DNA from: Macrostomum lignano
Taxonomy: Eukaryota
Assembly (NCBI GenBank): GCA_002269645.1
Contig: NIVC01000568.1
Location: forward strand, 248,001 to 312,000
DNA: 64,000 bases
Direction of reading: 5' to 3'
Part shown: one piece after another, positions 22,629-49,106 of the stretch
Layout of the letters: each line of letters opens with the position of its first letter
Numbering within the stretch: position 1 is the first letter of the stretch
The notes under the pieces: model-generated
What the model saw: only the letters and a program-made list of their open reading frames with translations
The model's database searches: none
Told to the model about the DNA's origin: nothing
Program-made: the position numbers and the translations under genes

Positions 22629-22743
22629 TGCCTGCCTCTTTGGCCGAAAATAGCTTTCGTTTTCTTTACTCGCTGCTGTAAGTAGGATAAAGGTTTTGTT
22701 AAATGTGTGAAAGTGACCTATTAAGTTATTATAGAATCGGTGC

Positions 22744-22811
<68 letters not shown>

Positions 22812-23399
22812 CTCTCTAGCCTCACTTAAACCTCCAGCGCTGTCTCCCTCCCCAACTGTTTGTTGTTGTATTTTATGTAAGTAATTATAATTAGTAATTC
22901 GGTTTTTGGCAGCTTGTTTCTCTACATTTCTTTAATGCTTCTCCGTACTATGCAAGACTAGTTGGTTGATAAATATGTCGGTCTATTACTACTGTTAATA
23001 ATTTTCTACGCTCGTATTATTGCAACCGAAAATTAATTAGTTATTTAGTACTTCTTTAAACATATTTTGCGCTCATTGTTTTATGCTAACATCATCATCA
23101 GTCATGAAATCAATTTTTGTAAATTCCTATTACTAACTATTGTTATTTTCGTTGTTGTGGTTTAAATTTAAATAGCCAGCGGTTTAATAAAATTATAATT
23201 GTTCTACGCTGGTATTCTGCTTTTTCATTTTTTCTGCATATTTTCAGCTTCAGTTTCTAAGAAATCCCATAGCAAGTCTTCAAAACATATCAGGGTGCCT
23301 GATTCTCACACCTGTGCCTTGTCGTAGGATTCACACCCACGAGGGGCCCAAGCATCAAGGCAACAGCGTGTACACTGCCTGATGATGATGAGAAGAAAG

Positions 23400-25670
23400 T
23401 CAGGGTTACAGACTAAGATATAGGTCACAGACTGAGATACAGAAGGTTACATACGAGATACAGGCTACAGACTAGCTGAGATACAGGCTACAGACTAGCT
23501 GAGATACAGGTTACAGACAAAGATACAGGTTAGACTGAGATACAGGTTACAGACAAAGATACAGAAGGTTATAGACTAAGATACAGAACGCTACAGACTG
23601 AGATACAGGTTACATGCTGAGATACAGGTTACAGACATAGATACAGAAGGTTATAGACTAAGATACAGAACGCTACAGACTGAGATACAGAAGCTACAGA
23701 CTGAGATACAGGTTACATGCTGAGATACAGGTTACAGACAGATACAGAAGGCTACAGACTAAGATACAGAAGGCTACAGACTGAGATACAGAGGATACAA
23801 ACTGAAACTTCTTTCAGGTATTCAGGCGAAATATTGTTGACCATTTTTAGACATGCGTGGTGACTCGAGTCTAGGACCTTACAGAACTCTTACACTGTTA
23901 GATCATTAACATTAAATGAGATGCACTAAAATAAAATGCCCTATATTTAATTTCATATGATTAAAAGCTCAGCATGCAGCAGCAGCAGTCTGCAGATGCT
24001 CCATCTGCTTTCACTGCCCTGACTGTACAGCAGCCGCCGCCGCTGGAGCCGCACCAGCGCGACGCTCTGGACTCGCCGGGCTCCTCAATTTCGTCGTCGT
24101 TGCAGCGCGAATACGACAGCCTGCTGTCCTACGCTGTGCCGCATTTCGGCATCCAGCTCGACCAGCAGCAGCAGCAGGAGCAACAGCAGCAGGAGCCTCC
24201 GCCGATACCGCCGCTGCCAACTCAATCTCAAGCACGAGCGGCGATGCAACAGCTGCGAATGAATGGCACCGAAGCGGAGCAAACTGTAGAACAAGACGAC
24301 CCAGCTGAGGAAACTGACGACGCCGAAGAGGACGGTTCCGTTACACCGTCGCAGAGAAGCGCCGTTGTCGATGAGGACGAAGCTGACGGCGAAGGATTCG
24401 ATCCCACTAAAACTCAGCTGATTGACGGCTTGGGCAATACTGGCGCGCCACTGATGGAGTCGCTCAAAGCGGCTGGCGAGCATCGGGCGCTTGTCGACTG
24501 CGGAATGGACGGTGAGAAATCCTCTGGGTGTGAATGACGAGAGATTGAGCAAGGACTGAAATACGGGGATTACAGACCAATGTACAGATTACAGACTGAG
24601 ATACAGAAGGTTACCAGCTGAGATACTGAAGTTAAGGCTGAGATACTGAAGTTAAGGCTGAGATACAAGTTACAGAATGAGATACAGGAGATTACAGGCT
24701 TATATTCATTGCTTACAGGCTAAGATTCGGGTTACGGTGAGATACAGAAGGTTACAGGCTAGGATACAGAGGGTTTACAGGCTGAGATACAAAAGGTTAC
24801 AGGCTGGGATACAGAGGGTTTACAGGCTGAGATACAGAACTTTTACAGGCTGGGATACAGAAGGTTACAGGCTTAGATACAGAAGTTTACAGGCTGGGAT
24901 ACAGAAGGTTACAGGCTGAGATACAGAACTTTACAGGCTGAGATACAGAAGGTTACAGGCTGAGATACAGAACTTTACAGGCTGAGATACAGAAGTTTAC
25001 AGGCTGGGATACAGAAGGTTACAGGCTGAGATACAAAAGGTTACAGGCTGGGATACAGAGGGTTTACAGGCTGAGATACAGAACTTTACAGGCTGGGATA
25101 CAGAAGGTTACAGGCTGAGATACAGAACTTTACAGGCTGGGATACAGAAGGTTACAGGCTGAGATACAGAAGTTTACAGGCTGGGATACAGAAGGTTACA
25201 GGCTGAGATACAGAACTTTAAAGGCTGAGATACAGAAGTTTACAGGCTGGGATACAGAAGGTTACAGGCTGAGATACAGAAGTTTACAGGCTGGGATACA
25301 GAAGGTTACAGGCTGAGATACAGAAGTTTACAGGCTGGGATACAGAGGGTTTACAGGCTGAGATACAGAACTTTACAGGCTGGGATACAGAAGGTTACAG
25401 GCTGAGATACAAAAGGTTACAGGCTGGGATACAGAGGGTTTACAGGCTGAGATACAGAACTTTACAGGCTGGGATACAGAAGGTTACAGGCTGAGATACA
25501 GAACTTTACAGGCTGGGATACAGAAGGTTACAGGCTGAGATACAGAACTTTACAGGCTGAGATACAGAACTTTACAGGCTGGGATACAGAAGGTTACAGG
25601 CTGAGATACAGAACTTTACAGGCTGGGATACAGAAGGTTACAGGCTGAGATACAGAAGTTTACAGACTTT
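23400..25670. repeat. GAGATACAGAAGGTTACAG(A/G)CT (~22-bp) minisatellite family at 23400-23810 and 24570-25670, on both sides of POC5 coding exon 1
   Basis: Same core in both blocks; the upstream block is more degenerate. Confidence 0.9.
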
Positions 25671-28600
25671 CAGCTGGCTTTCTCAGCGTTAATTGCACCT
25701 CTATCGCCTCCATTCTTTAAAAGCTGCGTCTTCAAGCCAGCCTCAGCAGCAACAGCAGCCGCCCCCGCCGCCGCCCCCGCTGACGCAGTCGCAGCAGATT
25801 GATCAGGTTTTCAGCCGGCGCCCGGAGTTCGAGCAGGACCTCGGCAGCCTGCTGCACGCCAGCGACGCTGACTATCGTCTGTCTCAGACCCTCGGCCGCT
25901 GGTGCGAAGATCTCAGCCGGCGAATGATTGAGGCGAATCATCGGGTGAAACTCGACCTGCGAGATCGAGCGGAACGGCTAGTCAGGTGGATTACATTATT
26001 CATAATTTCATAAAGGTCAACTGAGGTCAAGTGTAGGGGTTGTATGCCTCACAGTGTGTTAGAGGGAATCTGAGGTCAAGTGTAGGGGTTGTATGCCTCA
26101 CAGTGTGTTAGAGGTCATCTGAGGTCAAGTGTAGGGGTTGTATGCCTCACAGTGTGTTATAGGGAATCTGAGGTCAAGTGTAGGGGTTGTATGCCTCACA
26201 GTGTGTTAGAGGGAATCTGAGGTCAAGTGTAGGGGTTGTATGCCTCACAGTGTGTTAGAGGGAATCTGAAGTCAAGTGTAGGGGTTGTATGCCTCACAGT
26301 GTGTTAGAGGGAATCTGAGGTCAAGTGTAGGGGTTGTATGCCTCACAGTGTGTTAGAGGTCATCTGAGGTCAAGTGTAGGGGTTGTATGCCTCACAGTGT
26401 GTTAGAGGGAATCTGAGGTCAAGTGTAGGGGTTGTATGCCTCACAGTGTGTTAGAGGTCATCTGAGGTCAAGTGTAGGGGTTGTATGCCTCACAGTGTGT
26501 TAGAGGTCATCTGAGGTCAAGTGTAGGGGTTGTATGCCTCACAGTGTGTTAGAGGGAATCTGAGGTCAAGTGTAGGGGTTGTATGCCTCACAGTGTGTTA
26601 GAGGTCATCTGAGGTCAAGTGTAGGGGTTGTATGCCTCACAGTGTGTTAGAGGGAATCTGAAGTCAAGTGTAGGGGTTGTATGCCTCACAGTGTGTTAGA
26701 GGGAATCTGAGGTCAAGTGTAGGGGTTGTATGCCTCACAGTGTGTTAGAGGTCATCTGAGGTCAAGTGTAGGGGTTGTATGCCTCACAGTGTGTTAGAGG
26801 GAATCTGAGGTCAAGTGTAGGGGTTGTATGCCTCACAGTGTGTTAGAGGTCATCTGAGGTCAAGTGTAGGGGTTGTATGCCTCACAGTGTGTTAGAGGTC
26901 ATCTGAGGTCAAGTGTAGGGGTTGTATGCCTCACAGTGTGTTAGAGGGAATCTGAGGTCAAGTGTAGGGGTTGTATGCCTCACAGTGTGTTAGAGGTCAT
27001 CTGAGGTCAAGTGTAGGGGTTGTATGCCTCACAGTGTGTTAGAGGTCATCTGAGGGGAAGTTTATATTTTAGATTATAAGACGCGATTTAAGTGTAAAAA
27101 ATAGAGTTTGCAATAATGCAAAGGACTGCACACTAACCATGCGTTACCCCAGGGAGGAGAAGGCCCGCCTGCTAGTCGATATGCGCCACTTGCGCGACGA
27201 AAACGACCGTCTGCGCGAGTCTGTAGCCGCGCATCGGGCCGCCCTGACAGCCAAAGAGGCCGAGCTTGACGGCGCCAGGCAGCGCCTGCTAGGCGCGCAC
27301 GAACGAATCAGGGCGGCGCGCAGTTTTGCCGACTGGCGCGCCAGATTAGAGGCGGCTAGAAGGGAGTCGGCGCAGGAGCGGCTGGCCGAGCAGCATTATA
27401 AGAGGGCGCTGGCCCGCCGGGCTCTGGCCGCCTGGAAGGGCCGACTGGAGACAACTTGGCGCCAGCTGGTTGAGCGCGGCTGCCAGGAGAAAGCGATGCG
27501 CGTCTGCGAGGAGCTGGGCGCCGAGTGCGAGGACAAGCTGCAGCGGCTGCAGGTGGGAGGCTTCTTTTAGTATCACTCTGTGCTCAGGATTTCCGCCCCT
27601 CTGGAATCCCGTCAATACCGTTTCCGCCCCTTGGAACTCAGCCCCTCCACATATCCGCCCCTTGGAACTCAGCCCCTCCACATATCCGCCCCTTGGAACT
27701 CAGCCCCTCCACATATCCGCCCCTTGGAACTCAGCCCCTCCACATATCCGCCCCTTGGAACTCAGCCCCTCCACATATCCGCCCCTTGGAACTCAGCCCC
27801 TCCACATATCCGCCCCTTCAAACTCAGCCCCTCCACATTTCCGCCCCTTGCAACTCAGCCCCCCTCCACATTTCCGCCCCTTAGAATTCATCCCCCCTCC
27901 CACATTTCTACCCCTTCGAACTCACCCCCACCCGCATTTCCGCCCCTTGGAACTCGGCTTGCATCCCTGCAAACACCTCCCCCTCCCGCAGGCCGAGCTC
28001 GAGTCGGCCAGATCGGAGCTCCGGTTGGAACGGGCCGAGCGCGAACGAGCCGAAGCCTCGATGCGCGAAGCGCTGATGCGCGGCGTAAGTGCGCTTAATT
28101 TAGAGGCGATGCGCGTATTCGGCGGCACCGGAGTCGGCCCGGAGGATCCAGCTGCCGCCGCAGTCAATGGTAACCATGGCAACGATTCGGTCGCTGACGA
28201 GGAGGCGGACGATTCGAAGCCGATGGCGCGTTCGCCGCGCCCTTCGTCGCGCGGTCGACTGCCGGCTCAACCACCGATGCAGGTCGCGACGGCGCCGCCA
28301 GGGGGGACGGCAGCGCGGCGTCAGCAGCAGCACCAGTCACCTGTCAGGTAGGCTGTGCGGGTCGACTGATTTCTGCTGGTTATTGCATTCCTTGCGTTCA
28401 TTCATGATTTTACCACTGATCACAATGCAAGTTGTGTTTTTCTATAGAATTTTTAATAAAAAGCCGACGTTCTTCGACATTTATCCCACATTCTCTGGCA
28501 ATCTTCTGAAATTCTCCGACATTCTCTGGCAATCTTCTGAAATTCTCCGACATTCTCTGGCAATCTTCTGAAATTCTCCGACATTCTCTGGAAATCTTCC

Positions 28601-29453
28601 GAAATTCTCCGACATTCTCTGGAAATCTTCCGAAATTCTCCGACATTCTCTGGCAATCTTCTGAAATTCTCCAAAACTCTCCAACATTTATCACACAATC
28701 TCTGGGCCAGCAATCTTCCAACATTCTCCGACATTTACGAGTATCCCAAAATCTCCGGCAATCTTCCGACATTCTCAAACAACCATCCGACATGATCCGA
28801 CATTCTCTGGCAATCTTTCGACATTCTCCAACAATCATCCGACATGATTCAAAATTCTCCAACATTCATCCGACATTCTCTGGCAATCTTCCGACATTCA
28901 TCAACATTATCTGACATTCTTCGACAATCTTACGGCGTTCTCCAACAATCATCCGACATTCTCTGGCAATATTTCGACATTCTCAACCGGTTGAGAAATC
29001 CTCCCTAATAAGTCCCATCGTTTATCCCGCGAACGGGCACACATTCGCAGATCCCAGTCAGGCCGCATTCCACAGCAGCAGCAGCAGCGGCAGCGCGCCC
29101 CACTGTTGGTCCAGTCCGATTTGCCCGGCGGCGGCATGTCAGCTGCGGCTCAGCAGTCGCAGCGGCAGGCCACCGGCGTGCGGGTTGAGCGGCACGCGAG
29201 GCCGGCGACCTCGGGGGGTGTCGCCGGCGCCAGCCTGCCAAATTTCTGCAGTCCGTCGTCGGCATCAGCGGCGCCGATTGTCGATAGGCAGAATTCGACA
29301 CAGAAGCAACAGCAGCAGCCGCAGAATTATCGCGCTACTACGGCCCCAACGGCCGTTGGTTACGGCGGCCGCACGCCCTTGACAACCGTTGGCGTCGGTG
29401 GCAACGGCCGATTTGCGGCAACCGGCGATCAGCAAATCAGGTTTATTGATTGA
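23974..29453 (+). CDS. POC5: Centrosomal/centriolar protein POC5; exons 23974-24511, 25724-25985, 27153-27552, 27992-28347, 29051-29453 (~652 aa)
   Basis: N-terminal SSISSSLQREYDSLLSYAV matches the POC5 pattern, as do the centrin-binding-type segments (SFADWR, EQHY...ALAAWK, LVERGCQEKA..VC) and MREALMRGVSALNLEAM. Junction phases 1, 2, 0 and 2 are consistent. A canonical branch point CACTAAC sits at 27131-27137. Confidence 0.88.
26015..27056. repeat. 49-bp minisatellite in POC5 intron 2 (GAGGTCAAGTGTAGGGGTTGTATGCCTCACAGTGTGTTAGAGG(GAA/TCA)TCT)
   Basis: About 21 units in two variants; homologous to the SMC3 intron 12 array. Confidence 0.97.
27588..27955. repeat. 31-bp TCCGCCCCTTGGAACTCAGCCCCTCCACATA minisatellite in POC5 intron 3
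   Basis: Tandem units, degenerating toward the 3' end. Confidence 0.9.
28460..28985. repeat. 31-bp ATTCTCTGGCAATCTTCTGAAATTCTCCGAC minisatellite in POC5 intron 4
   Basis: Tandem units with degenerate flanks. Confidence 0.9.
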
Positions 29454-31129
29454 AGACCGTCCATTTCCATTTTTTATGAATCCACTGTGTCAGTTGACGT
29501 TTGTTTTAACTGCATAGCAACGGAGTTTTGCTTACCTTTGATACGGTTGTGCGTATCGATTTTATCGTTTTTTTACTTTTTTATTTCGCTTCGTTCATTC
29601 CGTCCGTCCTGTTCTTATTAGTTTGTCCGTCCTAGTTCTAAATAGCAACAACCTGTGCTGTTTCTTTTATCAATGTATTCAACTATCTGCGTCATTGAAG
29701 CTGGCCTGATGAAACAACTGTGTATTTTTAGTAGCCTCTGCGGGACATGCTAGCTATTTTTTCCATGTATTGATATTGCTTATAGCCGACTGAAATGTTA
29801 GTATTACTACTGACGGCAGTAGAGTGAAAAGGGTTTTTTTTATAAGATAACTAACTACTGGCTGTGCCAGCTGATCTGGTGCTAACTGCGTCTCCGCTTG
29901 CTGTGATTTACAAGTTCCATTAGCGCTAACCTGTTCTATCTAATAAAAAGACTGGCTGGTTAAATTATATTACCCGGAAGGCCTCTTAAATAATTACTGC
30001 ATTAATGAGCAGTGCTCTAAAAAAAATCAATCAGCGTTTCAATGGATTTTGTTATTTCAATGTGAATAAAGTTCAACTGGACACGTTTGCACTTATTTTA
30101 ATTGAAAGGGACTCACAAACAGACTTACACAGGTAAAATTTGTGCCCTCTTATTGCCTGCGCAATCCATCAGTAGATTTATTTTTATATGTAAAGAAATT
30201 GTACTCGTGGCCTAGCCAATCAATCATCTGCAGTTGGGGCTTCTACTAAAACAATGGGAGGTAAGGGGGCAGCGCAGGTGCGAATCTGTAAATTACAGGT
30301 ACACTTGATAACAAAGAAGCTGATTTCAACTTTATTTTAAGCAACAAAAATAGAGGCGCGTAATAAACATTAGCGACTACTGACAGTAGCTTCTGCGCGT
30401 GTATTGACAATCAAAACAACGCGTGTTTAGTAAGACTAGCGTTTAGTGCTTGCTCTGCATAAATAGCAAAACAGTATTTTGTTCTTCATAATTATCAATA
30501 GTTACACAAAATAGAAATTGAAAAACAGAATCGCAGATTGGCTAAAAAGGTCACACAGCGTGTTATAACAGTGTATATTTAGATAGAAAAAGCCGAACAA
30601 GTAGTACAAACGAATATAACAACTTTAATAAATTTGTATTGCCAGGCGCGAACACGCTGGTTCTGTGCGAGCGTGTGGAGCGTAGAGAAAATAAAGACAG
30701 TATAAGCGTTATAGCCCACTGTACATTGCGATTGAGATGGCCTATGTACAGCAGTGCCGGACATCTGGGACATATTTACATATTACTATTAGTAGACGAC
30801 TGTTAATAGTGATAATAAATTAATAATTAATGTGCCCTCCAACAAAAGGGATATGTGGGCTAATATTGCACAGTTTATGACTAATAAAATAAAACAGCAA
30901 CTGCTTGTGTAAAACAAAACTGAGAGAGACAGAGATAATCAGAGGCCAGACAGACGGGTTGGCCATGACTAGAAACATGAGGCGAATGCGGTATTAAAAA
31001 GCAAAATTAGAATATACTTAGAGAATTTAGTATATTTAGATATGGCGCTAAGCTTTTGTTCACTATCGCCTAGCAACAAGACACAGAGCCTTTGGCTTCG
31101 CACTACTCGAGGGTCAGGTCAGACAGACC

Positions 31130-31612
31130 GAAGCCCTGACCCACTAGAGTCAGTCATCAAACCCGCACACCTTGACCCACTAGAGTCAGTCATCAGACCC
31201 GCACACCTTGACCCACTAGAGTCAGTCATCAGACCGGAACACCTTGACCCACTAGAGTCAGTCATCAGACCGGAACATCTTGACCGACTAGAGTCAGTCA
31301 TCAGACCGGAACATCTTGACCGACTAGAGTCAGTCATCAGACCGGAACACCTTGACCCACTAGAGTCAGTCATCAGACCGGAACACCTTGACCGACTAGA
31401 GTCAGTCATCAGACCCGCACACCTTGACCCACTAGAGTCAGTCATCAGACCGGAACACCTTGACCGACTAGAGTCAGTCATCAGACCGGAACACCTTGAC
31501 CCACTAGAGTCAGTCATCAGACCGGAACACCTTGACCCACTAGAGTCAGTCATCAGACCGGAACACCTTGACCCACTAGAGTCAGTCATCAGACCGGAAC
31601 ACCTTGACCCAA
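31130..31612. repeat. 33-bp minisatellite downstream of the GRK stop codon (probably in its 3' UTR)
   Basis: GACCCACTAGAGTCAGTCATCAGACCGGAACACCTT-type units, about 15 copies. Confidence 0.95.
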
Positions 31613-31850
31613 CCAGAGAATGTAGTCTCAGTAACAACTAAGCCACAAAAGCCATTGAAAGCCGAAAACAGCCAGTGAGTGGACGGGCTCCCATTTTACA
31701 AGTTCACACGCAAGGGACAGAGAGCACAGCTGATAAGCAATACACAGATTAAACTAGGAGCCATACGCTATTAAAAACTAGCGGGGCGCAAAAGACCAGC
31801 CATAGAAAGTCGAAATCTACATGTTGCATAATAATGATGAGGCCAAGAGT

Positions 31851-45389
<13,539 letters not shown>

Positions 45390-46249
45390 AATTTAGCTAG
45401 ACTTTAGAATTACTTGTAAAAATCAAAGAATAATGCAATTTTTTTATAATTTAATAAAGGCTAAGCAAAAAAAGGCTTTATAATTATAGCCTGAATAAAT
45501 TACTTTTTTAATTTTAATTTGTTTTGAATAAAGACTGGATCTTAAATGGCTTATATCTATTGACTTAGTCAATCTCAATGCAGACTTAAGCTTTAGTTTT
45601 ATTATTTAATCTAATAAACTTACTCCCAAATTCTGACGTTCTAGAATTATACCATTTTTATAAGGGCAATTGGCCAGAAAGGTTTTGATGAAAGTAGACA
45701 AACTGAAGCCAACTTGTGTACACCTACTGTTGCCTGCGTTCTAACAAATGACGATAATAAATTACACTTTGAAACTACTGCAAAATTTTTATTATTATTC
45801 CAATAAAGAGTCTAAACCCTGGAGATATCTAGGCCTATAGTTTAGACTCTACTACAAGAGATAGTTCACAAACATGGGCCGTGCCTAGCTCTTAACTAAA
45901 CTTCTTTATTAAAAATACAAGTTAGGACTGAAGAAATTTATTGCTAGTACATTTTGACCATGTCTGGGCTCATATTTTTTTAAATTATGGTATCACAAAC
46001 TGGACTTATTTGTTGTTGAATAAAAGTCAGCTAAAGTCCGATATACCGTTTAGCGAAGGTATTTTTTTCGTTTTGAACACTACTAGGCCTATTAAAAATA
46101 ACTACTTAATAGCAAGTGTATTAACAGAGGTAAATAAGATATTAATTCTTACTAAAAATAGAGAGGATAACATTAGCTCTTCTAAAGCTTTGAAAGTGAA
46201 ATATTTTGTTTACTACTGAGACATTAAAAAATTCATTTTTTAAACATTC

Positions 46250-46450
46250 ATGCGTGACTGTTCCGCATCGATCACTATATATAGCTGAATGGCTAGCTTC
46301 CAATGAATCCGGCGACAAGACGATCCGGCGACAAACAATCCGGCGACAGTCGAAGCGGCGACCACCCGACTGTAACCGATCTTATCCGAAAACGTATCGA
46401 ATTTGCACCTGGCGACAGATTTTTTTGTAGATTTTACGGTTTTTAGAACT
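46250..46450. promoter_or_regulatory. CpG-rich core between the divergent GRK and SMS genes; candidate bidirectional promoter region
   Basis: A dense CpG patch, including ATCCGGCGACA x3, flanked on both sides by CpG-poor AT-rich DNA. The genes diverge from this interval. Confidence 0.5.
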
Positions 46451-47014
46451 GCATCTAATGTTTTTTAGATGTGTGTAGTGCTCGTGCTCTTGTTTTAATC
46501 TAGGAATACTAGGATGCGTCAATCCTAATTTAAGGTACTGTAGTAATTAAATTTTACCTTCTAAGTTAAACTTATCCAGCTGTTTGTAAAATTGTAATAT
46601 AATACAAATACAGATATGCTCATTAAACTTTTTTGTATAGACTATAGGCCCCTTACTCTAAAACTAAACTTCTCAGCAAAGTCTTTTAGAAATTACAATG
46701 ATTATCAATCAATACAGTCTTTTAAATTTTATTAGGGCCTATGTTATAAATAAAACTTTTATTTTATTTTTTATTGCTTTTTACATTGTACAGGCTATAT
46801 ACCACAAATCAGATGTCTTGTCAAGTATGTAGAAAAAATTTGATCCCAGCTGTATGGTTGCACAGCTAGGATCAATCACAAACATTATTGTATATTAAAC
46901 TTTAACCTTACCTGATACCTAAAAAAATTGAATACATATAGGCTTAAGCTTAGTTAGGTCCACCTAGGGCTAGGTTTCTCAACCTAGCTGCCAACATTAC
47001 TTAAGCCTATAAGC

Positions 47015-47489
47015 CTGGATGGAATTCTTGCAGAAAAATCACAATGCGTTATGCGATTGCGCGAAAAAAATGTGATTTTGCGTCAAAAAATCCAGAAAAA
47101 ATGCATTGCAGAATTTTAGACAAAATTGCTAATTCTTAATATATGTAAAAGTGCGCTTGAGATATTGGATTTTGCAAAAGATAATCCTACTAGCTAAGAT
47201 CACGAAGAAAAAAGAATAAAAAGTAAAAACTAAATAAGGCACAAAAGTAAAAATTTGAAAAAATTCTACAAAAAGTAGAAACTCATAACATTCTCTTTCA
47301 TACGTAATTGGACAAAAATTCAAATCACTACATTTTCTTAGAATGCATTTTTCATTATTGTCTTATTTGATTACTTTTGCGATGTGCTAAGTACCAAAAT
47401 AAAAAATGCGACCAATAAAAAATATTTTGCGCACCATAAAAAAATTGCATAATTCCGTTTGACTTAAGAAATACAAGAATTCCATCCTG
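47015..47489. mobile_element. hAT-like MITE with ~20-bp TIRs
   Basis: Left C(T)GGATGGAATTCTTG, right CAAGAATTCCATCCTG. The flanks CTATAAGC and CTATAGGC resemble an 8-bp TSD, with slightly ambiguous boundaries. Confidence 0.6.
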
Positions 47490-47634
47490 GCCTATAGGCC
47501 TTATGTAGGCCTATTCAATTTTCTGTTACTCTTTGGGCATTAAAATTAAATCAGGCTTTTGACAACTTAAATTTGATTTTTTTAAGACTAAACTTATTCA
47601 AGTTGCAAATAGGCCTACACCAATTTGTTCAATT

Positions 47635-48101
47635 GGCGTTTGTGCAGTTTCCCGCTCTAAATTATTTTCACCCCTTTTTTGAACTTGCTTTTATCAATTT
47701 CCACATCGACACCTAGGCTGCCGAGCTGCATTGGGTGATCTAGCAGATACATCGCGCAGATATCACGGATGAAGTTGAGCCAGTCAACTGCAGTGTGACG
47801 GCTGATTTGGGCCTCCCCCTCAATGCGTTGTAGTGACATAGGAATGTCGCACGCTTCACACAACCTAGTATTAGTAAGCAGGTGGTGCCGCGCCATCCAC
47901 CATATGGCTTTGTCCACATCTGGGACCAGCGCAACCAGTCCTCAATGGGTAACATCTAGGTTGCAGAGCACAATGCTGTTCACAACTTCGCCCACCAGAA
48001 CGATGAACTGCGGCGCTGGAGGTCAGCCAGCCATACTAGCAGTAGCTGAAAAGTTCGAAAAAAGGTGAAAATAATTTAGAGCGGGAAACTGCACAATCGC
48101 C
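47635..48101 (-). mobile_element. Merlin (IS1016/ISXO2-related) DNA transposon, internally deleted, transposase pseudogene
   Basis: ~50-bp TIRs GGCG(A/T)TTGTGCAGTTTCCCGCTCTAAATTATTTTCACC and a degenerate 8-bp TSD (GTTCAATT / ATTCAGTT). The minus strand reads W..ARHHLL.N..LC..C..PM...DWLNFIRDIC....P.QLG..GVDVEIDKSKF, with two in-frame stops upstream. Confidence 0.85.
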
Positions 48102-49106
48102 ATTCAGTTATCTATACAAGATGTTTTCTACTTATATATATTCATTTTGTTTTAATAATATGACAAGCATGACATCTAAATACACTAAATATCTAAGGTT
48201 TGTATGTTTGCTTGTCCATAATCTATATACTAATTTTTCATTGTTTGTCTGTCTGTCATTGATTTTTTCAAGAACCATTTGGCAATTTTTTTTAAATTAG
48301 CTTTACAAAAATTGCTAATTTTCAGCAACATATAAAGTTTTAATGAAAAATTCAAATTAAAAGTGGGTCAAATATTTAAAAAAAAATGTATCCTTTCTAT
48401 GTTTGAATTTTTCATTTGAATACCCCCATGAAAAATTAATGTGCTAGTATACCCTAAGTCCTTAATTGTAGCATATGGGCATTTAGCAAATAGCATCTAG
48501 TGTAGATCAACCCAGTGACAGTGTAGTGGGATATAGGCAAATTTGGTAATAAACAAATTTGGTAATAAAAATTTAATATAGACAAATTTAGCAAAAGCAA
48601 ATTCAACAATAATCTAAGCAAATTAGGTGACAAGTCTTCTATATAGCTAAAGTTAAAACAAATTATATATTTAAGGTATTCTTTAAATGCTTAAATGCTT
48701 CTTTAAACTCCATTTTCTCTAAAATTTCACTTTATATTTTATGTCTAATTTTATAAAGCTATTGCTATCGTTCATTGGACATTGCCATTTCAAGAATAAA
48801 CAAATATTTCTTGGAAGGCACAAGCTCAATACAAAGGGAAAGTTAATATATTAAGGTTTTTATATTTTGCAAAACTTTTAAAATTAGAAAATTTAAATAT
48901 TTCTATAAATGATATCTAGTGAGGCCTTAAAAAATTTATAGTGTACAAAACTAAAATTTTGTACTATCGGACATGTGGCTTACCTATTTTTAAGCCTAAA
49001 ATTGTATAAAACAATTGATCTTATAATATCTTATAATTTGTACATCTTTCTTATATGGCTATTTCAGCTTGTAATTAATAAAATAATACTGCTTACATAA
49101 ACAACA

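Noticed and set aside
28170-28184. X-box-like GTAACCATGGCAAC inside POC5 exon 4
   Set aside because: It lies in coding sequence (NGNHGN) far from the promoter and can be explained by codons.
47657-47917. Bacterial IS1595 horizontal transfer or contamination
   Set aside because: The TIR and TSD structure fits eukaryotic Merlin elements and the element is embedded in host sequence.
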